From an uncultured Acidobacteriota bacterium (lineage in GTDB: Bacteria > Acidobacteriota > Thermoanaerobaculia > UBA5066 > Gp7-AA6): a stretch of 64,000 bases of DNA. Of this stretch, positions 18,027-27,481 are shown piece by piece. The DNA lies in the NCBI GenBank assembly GCA_963815655.1, contig CAWFHK010000001.1, positions 1,997,813 through 2,061,812 of the forward strand, written 5' to 3'. The notes under the pieces are model-generated. The model saw nothing but the letters and a program-made list of their open reading frames with translations. It was not told where the DNA came from and did no database searches. Numbering within the stretch: position 1 is the stretch's first letter; each line of letters opens with the position of its first letter. Both the position numbers and the translations under genes were made by a program.

Positions 18027-19529
18027 TTATCGTCCCAACATCTTCTTCCGATAGAGAGTGCGGCGGCTGATCCCGAGAAGTCTGGCGGCCCGGCTCTTGT
18101 TTCCGCCGGCCATCTTCAGAACCGATCGGATGTGGCGCTCCTCGAGAGCCCGCAGGTTCGGGACTTCGGCCGCCTCCGCCCCCGAAGGAACGTCGAGCCT
18201 CGCCGGGACGCGCGACGGGAGCCACTGGAGGTCTTCCCGCCGGATCACGCCGCCCCGGCAGAGCGAGGCCGCCCCCTCGAGCAGGTTCTCGAGCTCCCGG
18301 ACATTGCCGGCAAAGTCGTGGGCAAGCAGGGCCGCGAACGCATCGCGGTCGATGGTCGGCAGCTCCCGCCCTTCCCGGGCCGCGAACCGCTCGAGGAAAT
18401 GGCGCGCGAGCTTCGGGATGTCCTCCCTCCGGTCGCGCAGCGGCGGGAGCGCGATCTCGACGACGCGCAGCCGGTAGTAGAGATCCTCGCGGAATTCGCC
18501 GCGGAGGATCTTCTCCGTCAGGCGGGCGTTGGTCGCTGCGAGGACCCGCACGTCGATCGGGATTCGCTTCCTCCCCCCGACGCGCTCGATCTCTCTCTCC
18601 TGGAGGACGCGCAGGAGCTTGGCCTGCAGGGCGAGCGGCATGTCGCCGACCTCGTCCAGGAACAGGGTCCCGCCGGTGGCCGTTTCGAACCGGCCCGATC
18701 TCGCCTCGACTCCGGTCGCGACGCCCCTCTCGATGCCGAAGAGCTCGGACTCGAGGAGAGACTCGGGGAGCGCCGCGCAATTGATCGCGACGAAAGGCTG
18801 ATCGGCGCGGTCGCTGCGCGCGTGGATCATCCGCGCGACGAGTTCCTTGCCGGTCCCGCTCTCTCCGGTGATCAGGATCGAGGTCCGGGAGGGAGCGACG
18901 CGGCCCACCAGATCGAGCACCCGGCGCGCCGCCGGGGAATCGCCCACGAAGAGGCGGCCCGCCGCCACGCGTCCCGTCTCGTCCAGGAGCCTGCGGTTCT
19001 CCTCCTCCAGCCGCTCGCGCTCGCGCGTCAGGCGTTCCAGGTGGCGGCGGTTCTCGATCGCCATCCCGCAGAGGCCGGCGAGCGAGGTCAGGAAGCGCGC
19101 GTCCTCCGGGTCGAACGCGGTCTGCCCTCCGCGGCGCAGTTCCTTGTCCGCCAGGACGAGGACGCCGACGGTGCGGCCGCCTCCGCGGATCGGGACCCCG
19201 ATCGCAGCCGAGACGGCCGTGCGGAGAAAACGGAACTTTTCGCGGACGAGTGCGGTTTCGGCGGGGAGAAGATCCCGCAGGAAGTCGTCCTCCGCGACGA
19301 CGGACTCGGAGGGGCGGCGCGGGAAGCCGACGCGGGCCTCGGCCCGACGGGCGCCTCCTTCCCCGAAGGTCGCCAGGTACCCGCGGGAGGCGTCCAGGAC
19401 GCCAACGGCGCGGCCGAGCACGTCTTCGACCAGGGCCTCCTCGTCCGGAAGGGACCCGAGGGACAGGCCGGCGTCGTAGAGCGTCTCGAGGAGGAGGAGC
19501 TTGTGCTGGGTCTGGAAATCGCGATCCAT
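18027..19529 (-). CDS. Sigma-54-dependent transcriptional activator with N-terminal GAF domain and C-terminal Fis-type HTH
   Basis: GAF region, then the AAA+ sigma-54 interaction domain (GESGTGKE, GAFTGA-like ESELFGIERGVATG, RVDVRVLAATN) and an HTH. ATG at 19529 with GGAG upstream. Confidence 0.85.
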   Translation of the reverse strand: MDRDFQTQHKLLLLETLYDAGLSLGSLPDEEALVEDVLGRAVGVLDASRGYLATFGEGGARRAEARVGFPRRPSESVVAEDDFLRDLLPAETALVREKFRFLRTAVSAAIGVPIRGGGRTVGVLVLADKELRRGGQTAFDPEDARFLTSLAGLCGMAIENRRHLERLTRERERLEEENRRLLDETGRVAAGRLFVGDSPAARRVLDLVGRVAPSRTSILITGESGTGKELVARMIHARSDRADQPFVAINCAALPESLLESELFGIERGVATGVEARSGRFETATGGTLFLDEVGDMPLALQAKLLRVLQEREIERVGGRKRIPIDVRVLAATNARLTEKILRGEFREDLYYRLRVVEIALPPLRDRREDIPKLARHFLERFAAREGRELPTIDRDAFAALLAHDFAGNVRELENLLEGAASLCRGGVIRREDLQWLPSRVPARLDVPSGAEAAEVPNLRALEERHIRSVLKMAGGNKSRAARLLGISRRTLYRKKMLGR

Positions 19530-19713
19530 CACAGTCGCTCCGCGCTTGCGCGGGAAATGCGCCTGACGGCGCACCGGCGAGCCGCTCGCCCGGATGCGGC
19601 GCGAGGTTCCTCCCTCCGGTGACTCGGGAGACTCCTCGCGCCGCGACCGGGGCCAGGCGCGACCGGAGCAAATACACCGCGATCGGGAACCGGCACGACG
19701 AGGGCTGGGGCGG

Positions 19714-21141
19714 TCACCTCTCGTGAGGCGTCGCCGTGCCCCCGGAAGCGGCCAGCACCTTTTCGCGGCGCATCTGTTCGACGACGAGCTCGGCCGGCCG
19801 CGTCGGCGCCCAGCTCGGATTCCACTTGTGGTTCTCCGCGAGCAGCTTCTCGGCCCGATCGAGGTCTCCCTTCCGGGCGAGCAGCTCGGCGAGGTCGGCC
19901 CGGGCTCTGTAAACCCAACGGCGCTGTTCGAAGGTCTTCCACGGCGTGGGCGGATTGACCATCTCCTCGTAGAGAGGGACCGCTTCTCCCGTCTTTCCCT
20001 GCGCGACCTTGGCGCGGGCCATCAACGCGTTCCACTCCGGATGGTACGAGAGCTTCTTTCCTTGCTTCTCCTCGGCGGGCGAGAGCGCCTGGAGCTTCCC
20101 CCGAACTTCCGCCAGGCGCCGCTCCGCCTCGGACGGCCGTCCCTCGACCAGATCGAGCGCCGCCGCGACGATGGACATCGTCGTTTCGTAGTCCTTTCCC
20201 TTGGGTAGGGCGGCGAACCGGTCGGCGATCTGGTGCGCGGAAGCGCGATCGCCCGATTCGATCGCCGCGAGAAAGGCCTGACCGAGGTCGCTGCCGCGCT
20301 CGCCGTCGTTCAAGGATTCCTGCGCCGCCTTCAGATAGTCCTGGATGGCGCGCGCGTACTCCCCCTTCCCTTCGTAGGCCACGCCCAGATGCGCATAGGA
20401 CTGGAAGAAGTCCGGCTTGAGCGCCAGGGCCTTGTTGAGGTTCGCGATCGCCTCGTCGTAACGGCCCGAGTAGGCCTGCACCTCGCCGAGACTGTCGTAG
20501 GGATTGGCCTGGTCGGGAGCCATGAACTGGTACTTCCTCAGGTTCTCCATCGCCTTGTCGTAGTCTCCGCGGTAGGCGTAGTAGTAGCCGATCTGGTTGT
20601 ACGCGCCGGCATTGTTCGGGTCGTTCGCGAGCAGCGCCGAGTAGATCTGGAGCGCCCGCTCGGCATGCCCCTGGTCCATTTCGATGCCGCTCAGGATCAT
20701 GGCGGCGTCAACGTCGTCCGGGTACCTTTCGAACATCGCCTTCGCGAGCTTGTTTCGTTCCTCCGTGCTCCGCTGGACTTCGGCGTGGGCCATGTCCACG
20801 AAGAGGCGCTCCCGCTCGGTCAATCGCCCGCGCAGGCGGCTGGCCCTCTCGACCAGCGAAACGGCCTGGTCGTGATTGCTCAGGCTGGCCAGCCGCAGCA
20901 TGGCCATGGCGAAGTTGGGGTCCAGAGCGAGGGCCCGGGCGAAGGCGACCCGGGCGTCCTTGAAGTAGTACCGCCGGTAGTTCTCGAGCCCATCCCGGTA
21001 GAGCTGGTAGGAAGCCGCGGACGAAGTGGTCACGTCGCGCCGCTTCGTCAGGTACAGCGCGGCCAGCCCGCCTGCGACGAGCAGAAAGAAGACCGCGACC
21101 ACCACGATGGCCCGCCGGGACTTCGCACTCATCTGTCTCAT
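19714..21141 (-). CDS. Membrane-anchored TPR-repeat protein
   Basis: N-terminal TM (RRAIVVVAVFFLLVAGGLAALYL) followed by multiple TPR units (AYNQIGYYYAYRGDYDKA...). The track ORF's first 209 aa are artefactual. Confidence 0.7.
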   Translation of the reverse strand: MRQMSAKSRRAIVVVAVFFLLVAGGLAALYLTKRRDVTTSSAASYQLYRDGLENYRRYYFKDARVAFARALALDPNFAMAMLRLASLSNHDQAVSLVERASRLRGRLTERERLFVDMAHAEVQRSTEERNKLAKAMFERYPDDVDAAMILSGIEMDQGHAERALQIYSALLANDPNNAGAYNQIGYYYAYRGDYDKAMENLRKYQFMAPDQANPYDSLGEVQAYSGRYDEAIANLNKALALKPDFFQSYAHLGVAYEGKGEYARAIQDYLKAAQESLNDGERGSDLGQAFLAAIESGDRASAHQIADRFAALPKGKDYETTMSIVAAALDLVEGRPSEAERRLAEVRGKLQALSPAEEKQGKKLSYHPEWNALMARAKVAQGKTGEAVPLYEEMVNPPTPWKTFEQRRWVYRARADLAELLARKGDLDRAEKLLAENHKWNPSWAPTRPAELVVEQMRREKVLAASGGTATPHER

Positions 21142-21191
21142 GATACGGCCGGAAGGCTCCCGAGTTTCAGTCCGGCCGTCCCTTTTCGACC

Positions 21192-23810
21192 TCACTCCAC
21201 TCTCAGGAGCAGGAACGTCATGTCGTCGTATTGCTCGGCCCCCCCCACGTGCCGGCGGATGTCGGCGAGGATGCCGTTGGCGAGGTCCTCCAGGGTCTCC
21301 CCCCTCCGGGCCGCCAGGGATTGCGTCAGCCGGTCCTCGCCGTAGGGGTTCATCTGCTCGTCCATGGCCTCGGAGAAGCCGTCGGTGTAGAAGAAGATCA
21401 GGTCGCCCCGCTTCAGGTAGATTTCTCGCGTGTCGTAGGGGACCTCCCGGAAGGCCCCCAGGGGAAGCCGGTGCTCGGGGGCGGCCAGGGGCCGGGGTTC
21501 CCCGTCTCCCGTCCGCAGGAGAAGGGGAAGCGGCTGTCCGCCGATCGCGTAGCGGAGGCTCATGGCATCGGGATCCAGGACGAAGTAGCCGAGCGAGACG
21601 AACATGCGCCGCTTGATCGAATAGATGCGGCGGTTGGATTCCTGGAAGAGGAGACCGGGGTCCCGCGTCGTCAGGGCCCGAGAATAGACGATCTCCTTGG
21701 AGGCCACCATCAGGAGCGAGGCGGGAACGGATTTCCCCGAGACGTCCCCGATCACGATGCCCAGGCACTTGTCCTCGAAGGGAATGAAGTCGTAGAAGTC
21801 GCCTCCGACGACCTTCGCCGGCAGGCTGCCGCCCAGGATCGTGAAGCCCGGCACGATCGGTACGGAGCGGGGCAGGAGGCTCGCCTGGATGTCGCGCGCG
21901 ATCTCCAGGTCGCGCCGGAACTCGGCCTGCCGGGTCATCTCGTCGTGCAGCAGGGCGGTCTCGATCGCCAGCGCCGCCTGGTTGGCGAGGGTCGAGAGGA
22001 GGGCCTTGTCCTCGGCGTCGAATCTTTCCCCGGACAGTTTCTCCTTGAGCGCGAGGACACCCATCAGGTTCTCGCGGTAGACGAGGGGCACGACGAGGCG
22101 GAAGCCCTCCGCGTCCAGACGCTCCCGGAAATCCTGGCTCTCCGGGTCCGCGAAGGAGAGCGAAAGGTCCTCCAGCGCGATCGGCTTGCCTTCCCGCCGC
22201 AGGAGACGCCGCACGCCCGCCTCCGGAGAGAGTCGATCGTCCTGCCTTCCCCGCCGCTCCAGAAACCCGTCCCGGGTCCGCAGCCAGATCGAGGCCTTCT
22301 CCAGCCGCATCGTGGCCGCGACGCTCGCGGTCAGGTAATCGGTGATCTTGCCGAGGTCGAGCTCCCCGGTGATGGCCTCGCTCATCTCAAGCAGCGCCGC
22401 CTGGTAGTCGAATTTCTCGCGGAAGAACAGCTTGTCCAGGGGCGTCTGGAGGCGCCGCCGCACCAGCTCGAAGAGCGGGACGACGACGAGGAAGAACCCG
22501 AAGTTGAAGAGAGGCGAGGCCGACAGCCTCCTGGCGAACAGGGCGTTGGCCGTCGCGATCGCGGAGATGTACAGGCCGAAGAGAATGGCCGTCGTCCCGG
22601 CGTAGAGGAACGTCCGCTTCACGACGAGCCGGACGTTCAACATCTGGAACCGCACGATCGCGTAGGCGAAGGTCAGGGGAATCAGGATCATCGGCACGAT
22701 CCCGTAGAAGACGTAGTCGTCGTTGTTGAAGAGGGAGGGGAGGACGATGGCGAGGAGCACGAAGGGGGTCGTGCCGAAGATCGTTCCGACCAGGACGTGG
22801 AAGGCCTGCCGCCGCTCCGCGGGTTCCTGGAGGGTGAAGGCGGAGTGCGCCAGGGCGAGAAGACCGAGGATCAGGTAGTCGCCGAGGAGGACCCACGAGG
22901 ACAACGGCGCGCCGGACAGAATCGAGACGTGGTGCCCCTCGAGCTGCCGGAAGACGTCGTAGAGGAACACGAACGGCGGGATCGAGTAGATCATGTAGAG
23001 GAGCCCCGGGCTCGCGGAGAGAAAATCCTGGAGCCGCACCTTCCAGCGCGCCGGAGGCTCCTCCGACCACTCGTCCGCCTTCGCGAACGTGAGCCTCTTC
23101 GGCCGCGGGAAGATGAGGAAGAAGTGGAGGAAGACCGCGGGAAGCAGGAAGAGGCTCACCGTCCCCGTGTTCTGCACGAAGACGTCGATCCACCAGTAGG
23201 AGGAGGGACGCAGGCGGCACACGAAGAAGAGCAGAAAGAGAACGCAGAGCAGGAAGAAGATCTGCGCCGCCCGGTCTTCGGGCCGCCGCTGGAACACGAA
23301 GAGGCCGATGAAGAAGAAGAGGAACCCGAGCACCGCCGTGTAGACGTTGGTGGTCCCCCCCAGGCGGATCGAGGAGAGCCGCACCGGGACCGTCCTCATC
23401 TCCCCCGCCGGCGCGGCCGCGCTCAGGGCGACGACGCAGGGGCCTCGGCGCACCAGATAGGAGACGGTCTCTCCGATCCGGTGCCGGCGCAGCTCCCGCG
23501 AGGCGTCGGAGATTGACTTCACCAGGCGGGAGCCGATGCCGAGGACGCAGTCGCCCGGCGTGATGCCCGCGCGCTCGGCCGGCCCGCCGGAAGCGACCCC
23601 GCGGACTTCGATTCCCCCGGTCCGGTAGGGCATCGGCACGATGCCGTCGTTGGGACGGGCCGAGAACATGTCCGCGATCGACGCGACCGCGATCGCCAGG
23701 CCGACCAGGCCGACCGCGTAGAACCACCCGCGCACGGAGCTACCGCGCCCGAGCGGGTCCTCGCGCGGCGGCGGCGCGGGCACGGGCGTCATCGGTCTGG
23801 ATACGTCCAC
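21192..23810 (-). CDS. PDZ-domain, polytopic-membrane, GAF, PP2C (SpoIIE) sensor phosphatase
   Basis: N-terminal TM plus PDZ (GITPGDCVLGIG), a ~10-TM block with the FLHFFLIFPRP motif, a GAF domain, and C-terminal PP2C motifs (GGDFYDF, IGDVSGKS, YTDGFSEA). Confidence 0.85.
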   Translation of the reverse strand: MDVSRPMTPVPAPPPREDPLGRGSSVRGWFYAVGLVGLAIAVASIADMFSARPNDGIVPMPYRTGGIEVRGVASGGPAERAGITPGDCVLGIGSRLVKSISDASRELRRHRIGETVSYLVRRGPCVVALSAAAPAGEMRTVPVRLSSIRLGGTTNVYTAVLGFLFFFIGLFVFQRRPEDRAAQIFFLLCVLFLLFFVCRLRPSSYWWIDVFVQNTGTVSLFLLPAVFLHFFLIFPRPKRLTFAKADEWSEEPPARWKVRLQDFLSASPGLLYMIYSIPPFVFLYDVFRQLEGHHVSILSGAPLSSWVLLGDYLILGLLALAHSAFTLQEPAERRQAFHVLVGTIFGTTPFVLLAIVLPSLFNNDDYVFYGIVPMILIPLTFAYAIVRFQMLNVRLVVKRTFLYAGTTAILFGLYISAIATANALFARRLSASPLFNFGFFLVVVPLFELVRRRLQTPLDKLFFREKFDYQAALLEMSEAITGELDLGKITDYLTASVAATMRLEKASIWLRTRDGFLERRGRQDDRLSPEAGVRRLLRREGKPIALEDLSLSFADPESQDFRERLDAEGFRLVVPLVYRENLMGVLALKEKLSGERFDAEDKALLSTLANQAALAIETALLHDEMTRQAEFRRDLEIARDIQASLLPRSVPIVPGFTILGGSLPAKVVGGDFYDFIPFEDKCLGIVIGDVSGKSVPASLLMVASKEIVYSRALTTRDPGLLFQESNRRIYSIKRRMFVSLGYFVLDPDAMSLRYAIGGQPLPLLLRTGDGEPRPLAAPEHRLPLGAFREVPYDTREIYLKRGDLIFFYTDGFSEAMDEQMNPYGEDRLTQSLAARRGETLEDLANGILADIRRHVGGAEQYDDMTFLLLRVE

Positions 23811-23855
23811 AGGAACGGAATGTTAACGGGAGAAGTCTCCGATATTCTTCTCCCG

Positions 23856-24479
23856 ATGCCGTTCGTGACGTTCGAGGGGGTCGAAGGCTGCGGCAAGTCC
23901 ACCCAGCTGCGCCTGGCAGCGGAGCGCCTGCGCGCGCTCGGCAAGGACGTGCTGGAGACCCGCGAGCCCGGTGGAACGGCCGTCGGACGGACGCTGCGGG
24001 ACATCCTGATGGACGCTGCCAACACGGGGCTCGATCCCGTGACGGAGTGGCTCCTGCTCGAGGCCGACCGCCGCCAGCACGTCCGGGAAACGCTCCGTCC
24101 TGCGCTGGCCCGCGGGGGTTTCGTCCTCTGCGACCGTTACTCGGATGCGACGGAAGCGTACCAGCAGGGGGGGCGCGGAATCGATCCAGCGGCGGTGCAG
24201 TTCGTGGACGCGATCGCGCGCGACGGCTTGCGGCCGAACTTCACGCTTCTCTTCGACCTGGACGCGGGCGCGGGGCTCGCCCGCGCCCGGCACCGCGACG
24301 GCGGCCGTTCCGGCCGCTTCGAAGCCGCGGACCTCGAATTCCACGAACGGGTGCGGGCGGCGTACCTCGCGATCGCGCGGCGCGAACCGGAACGCGTGGC
24401 CGTCGTCTCGACGGACGCTCCCCGCGAGGAGGTCTCCGAGCGGACCTGGCGCCTTCTGGCGGAGCGCTTTTCGCTGTGA
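23856..24479 (+). CDS. tmk: Thymidylate kinase
   Basis: FVTFEGVEGCGKST P-loop and DRY motif. An alternative upstream ATG at 23820 is possible. Confidence 0.85.
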   Translation: MPFVTFEGVEGCGKSTQLRLAAERLRALGKDVLETREPGGTAVGRTLRDILMDAANTGLDPVTEWLLLEADRRQHVRETLRPALARGGFVLCDRYSDATEAYQQGGRGIDPAAVQFVDAIARDGLRPNFTLLFDLDAGAGLARARHRDGGRSGRFEAADLEFHERVRAAYLAIARREPERVAVVSTDAPREEVSERTWRLLAERFSL

Positions 24480-25405
24480 CCGCGGCCTCTCTGCTCGAGC
24501 GCCTCGCCGCGCGGCCCGGGGGCTTCCCCGGCTCTCTGCTCCTGACCGGCTCCCGGGAAAACAGCCTGGAGAGCGAATCCCTCCGCCTGGCGGCCATCCT
24601 GCTCTGCCCCGGGGAGGGTCCGGAGGGACGATGCGACTCCTGCCGCCGCGTGCTCTCGCGGATCCACCCGGACCTGCTCCTCGTCGAGCCCCAGGGCGTC
24701 CAGATCCGGATCGACAGCGTTCGGGAAGCGGTCGCCTTCGGCGCCGGAAAGCCGTACGAAGCCAGGCGCCGCGTGGCCGTCGTCCGGCGCGCGGATCTGC
24801 TTGGCCCGGAGGCCGCCAACGCACTGCTGAAGTCCCTGGAGGAGCCCGGAACGCACTTTCACTGGATCCTCACGACCGCGCGCCCCGAGGCGCTCCTGCC
24901 CACGATCCGGTCCCGGTGCGTGGCGATTCCTCTCGCGCGGCAGCCTCGCGACGAGCGCGTGGGGGGATGGGTTTCCCGCGGTTTCTCGGAAGAAGACGCG
25001 GCGGAGCTGGCCGCCCTGGAACCAGCGGTCGAGGAGGACGCGCCGGCACGGCTCGAACAGTACCGGAGGTGGCGGCAGGACATCCTGCATGCCCTCCAGG
25101 ACGGGATCTCCGAGCGCCGGGCCGCGCCGTTGCTGCTCCTCGCGGAAACGCTCGCCCACTGCGAACCGGAGCGGGAGCGTCTCTTCTCGAAGCTTCTCGC
25201 CGACGCCGCGGTCGCCTCCGGCGCTTCGAGCGAGAACCTCCGGCACCCCGCCGTCGCCGCCGGGATCCACGCCCTGGCCCGGCGTCTGGCCCCCGAGGCG
25301 CTCGCCCGCGCCGCCTTGAAAGCGGCGGACGCTCCAGCCGACAACCGGCGCGGGAACAAGCGCCTGCACTACGAGTCCGTGTTGCTCGAGCTCGCCGGGA
25401 TCTGA
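24476..25405 (+). CDS. holB: DNA polymerase III delta-prime subunit
   Basis: GTG start overlapping the tmk stop (GTGA); AAA+-like clamp-loader fold with CDSCRRV zinc module and SRC motif (TIRSRC). Confidence 0.75.
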   Translation: MTAASLLERLAARPGGFPGSLLLTGSRENSLESESLRLAAILLCPGEGPEGRCDSCRRVLSRIHPDLLLVEPQGVQIRIDSVREAVAFGAGKPYEARRRVAVVRRADLLGPEAANALLKSLEEPGTHFHWILTTARPEALLPTIRSRCVAIPLARQPRDERVGGWVSRGFSEEDAAELAALEPAVEEDAPARLEQYRRWRQDILHALQDGISERRAAPLLLLAETLAHCEPERERLFSKLLADAAVASGASSENLRHPAVAAGIHALARRLAPEALARAALKAADAPADNRRGNKRLHYESVLLELAGI

Positions 25406-25445
25406 TGAGATCCCGGAGCCCAGACGTCTCCTGGCTTTCGACGGA

Positions 25446-26378
25446 TCAGTGCTCGAGACTGAGCTCGACCTGTTCGGTATCGCCTGACTGGACGCTGACG
25501 TCCATCGAGCGATCCTTGAACCCCGGGCGAGAGACCGTCACCGTGTGCTTCCCGGGCGAGACGGCGATGCCGCGTTCGAGGGAATTGACCTCTTCGGCCG
25601 TGCCGATGAACCGGTTGTCCAGGTAAACGGCGGCATCGGAGGGTTCGACCGTCAGACGCAGGCGCGTCCTGGTGTCGCGCGGCGCGGTCTGCGCGGCGCC
25701 GCGCCAATCGTCCCCGGAACGGTCCCGGCGAGGCCGGCGGGCCGCCGGAGGGCGATCGCCCTCGGCGGGCGGAAGGTCTTCGTCGCCTCCCGCGGAAACG
25801 GACGCCTCCGGCGGCTGTGAAGGATCGACCGGCTCGACGGAGTTCCGGCGTTTTCCGAAGTACCGGTTCACTTCCCCTTGCGGCTTCGGCGTGTCGTAGG
25901 AGCCGTAGCGCCGGGCTCCGGGGACCTTGCGGAGCTTGTCCTTGTAGTCCACGTACATGCCGGGGCGGGAGTTCACCTCCCGGACGAGAGGCTCGTAGCC
26001 CTGGAGACGGAACTCGATGCGATAGTGGCCCGGCTTGAGGTAGAGAAAGTCCGGATAGCCGTCGAAGTCGTCGGCGCTCCCGATGTCGCGGCCATCCAGG
26101 TAGACGCGCGCCTCCTCGGGCGAGATGTCCGTATCAACCACTCCCCACGGCGAGGAGGGACCGTACGCGCGGGGACGGGAGTAACCGTCATAGCCTGGCC
26201 CGTACCAGCCCGGCCAACCCCCCCAGCCCCAACCCCAGCCGCCGCCGACGCCGATGAAGACGCGTGTCCGGCCGCCGAAGTGGCCACCGCCGTGACCGCC
26301 GGGAGCGGCTTGCATCAGCGCGGGAGGCATCAGGGTCAGCCCGAGCGCCAGAAGAAAAGCCTTGCTCAGTCGTTTCAT
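25446..26378 (-). CDS. Secreted Gly/Trp-rich protein with two PEGA domains
   Basis: Signal peptide MKRLSKAFLLALGLTLMPPALMQAAP; the PEGA motif (PxGxH) occurs twice: YLKPGHYRIEF and SPGKHTVTV. Confidence 0.7.
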   Translation of the reverse strand: MKRLSKAFLLALGLTLMPPALMQAAPGGHGGGHFGGRTRVFIGVGGGWGWGWGGWPGWYGPGYDGYSRPRAYGPSSPWGVVDTDISPEEARVYLDGRDIGSADDFDGYPDFLYLKPGHYRIEFRLQGYEPLVREVNSRPGMYVDYKDKLRKVPGARRYGSYDTPKPQGEVNRYFGKRRNSVEPVDPSQPPEASVSAGGDEDLPPAEGDRPPAARRPRRDRSGDDWRGAAQTAPRDTRTRLRLTVEPSDAAVYLDNRFIGTAEEVNSLERGIAVSPGKHTVTVSRPGFKDRSMDVSVQSGDTEQVELSLEH

Positions 26379-26527
26379 GGCAGTTGCCTCCCGCAGGCAA
26401 TCAAAAGCAAGACTAGCGCCAGATCGCGGCCCCGAGAGGACCCGAAACAACACCTTCAGAATCAACGGCTTGTGAGATCACTCCGGCGGCGACTGCGGAG
26501 CCGATGACCTCCCGAAGGGTCAGGACG

Positions 26528-27481
26528 TCACCTCGGAGCGGCGCAGAGGAGCGGCGCGGCCTTCTGCAGCCCGCGACGTATCAGGGCGCGGCTCAAGCCG
26601 CGCAGATAGTCCCGCCGCAGGACCCGATCGAGCGCGCTTCTGCCGCCCGGGATCTCCCACCGCTGGCAGAGGGAGGCCCAGCCGGCGAGGAGCCTGCCGC
26701 GGACGCGGCCTTCCTCCTGGAACTGGAGCGCCTGCGGCACGGCGAGGAAATCCCCGAGCTCAGGGTGCTTCTCGAAGAAGATCGCCGCCGCCTCGCCCGC
26801 CTTCTCCTGCCGGCGCCGGAACGACGCGAACGTGATGTCGTGGTAGTGCCGCGCCACTGCCTCGGGCCGGTAGACGATCTTCATTCCCATCCGCATCATC
26901 CGGTACGCGATCTCGATGTCTTCCCACGCGGCGTGGGGGAACGTCGTGTCGAAGAGGCCCGCTTCGCGAAGGAGCGAGCGCGGGAGCGAGATGTTCGACG
27001 TGTAGAAGAAATTGAAGGGGACGGACTCGGGGTCCTCGATCAGCCCGTAGCCGAACTGGAGGCCGTACTCGTTGATGTGGTGGAGGAAGGGAGAGACGCG
27101 GCGGTCCTGCGGCCAGGTCGTGTAGCCGAGCACCGCGACCGGATGCGGGCGCGGCTCCGCGTGCGTCCGGGCGTGGGCCGCGAGGAGCTCCGCCTCCGGG
27201 ACAGTATCGTCGCCGAGGAAGAGGACCGTGCGGCCCGCCGCCTCCTCCACGCCGCGGTTGCGGGCGGCCGCCGGCCCGGAGTTCTCCTGGCGAAAGCAGC
27301 GGAGGGGATAGGAGGGGGAGAAGGCGCGCAGCCGCGCGGGGGTCGAGTCGCGGGACCCGTCGTCCACGACGATCACCTCGAAGTCGGGGGGGGCCGCCTG
27401 GCGCTCCAGCGCGGCGAGGACGCGGACGAGCGTGTCGGGGCGCTCGAAAGTCGGGATCACGACGGAGAAGGAGAGCGTCAC
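26528..27481 (-). CDS. Family-2 glycosyltransferase
   Basis: VVIPTFERPDTLVRVL...VIVVDDGSRD...LFLGDD (GT-A DXD). Confidence 0.8.
   Translation of the reverse strand: MTLSFSVVIPTFERPDTLVRVLAALERQAAPPDFEVIVVDDGSRDSTPARLRAFSPSYPLRCFRQENSGPAAARNRGVEEAAGRTVLFLGDDTVPEAELLAAHARTHAEPRPHPVAVLGYTTWPQDRRVSPFLHHINEYGLQFGYGLIEDPESVPFNFFYTSNISLPRSLLREAGLFDTTFPHAAWEDIEIAYRMMRMGMKIVYRPEAVARHYHDITFASFRRRQEKAGEAAAIFFEKHPELGDFLAVPQALQFQEEGRVRGRLLAGWASLCQRWEIPGGRSALDRVLRRDYLRGLSRALIRRGLQKAAPLLCAAPR

Noticed and set aside
18132-19622. 496-aa plus ORF opposite the sigma-54 activator, and the 554-aa ORF 18013..19677(-)
   Set aside because: Antisense or frame-shifted shadows of the EBP gene with no motifs.
21231-23516. 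761-aa plus ORF (very E/D/R-rich) opposite the PDZ-GAF-PP2C sensor
   Set aside because: Antisense artefact; the sensor gene on the minus strand has full-length domain support.
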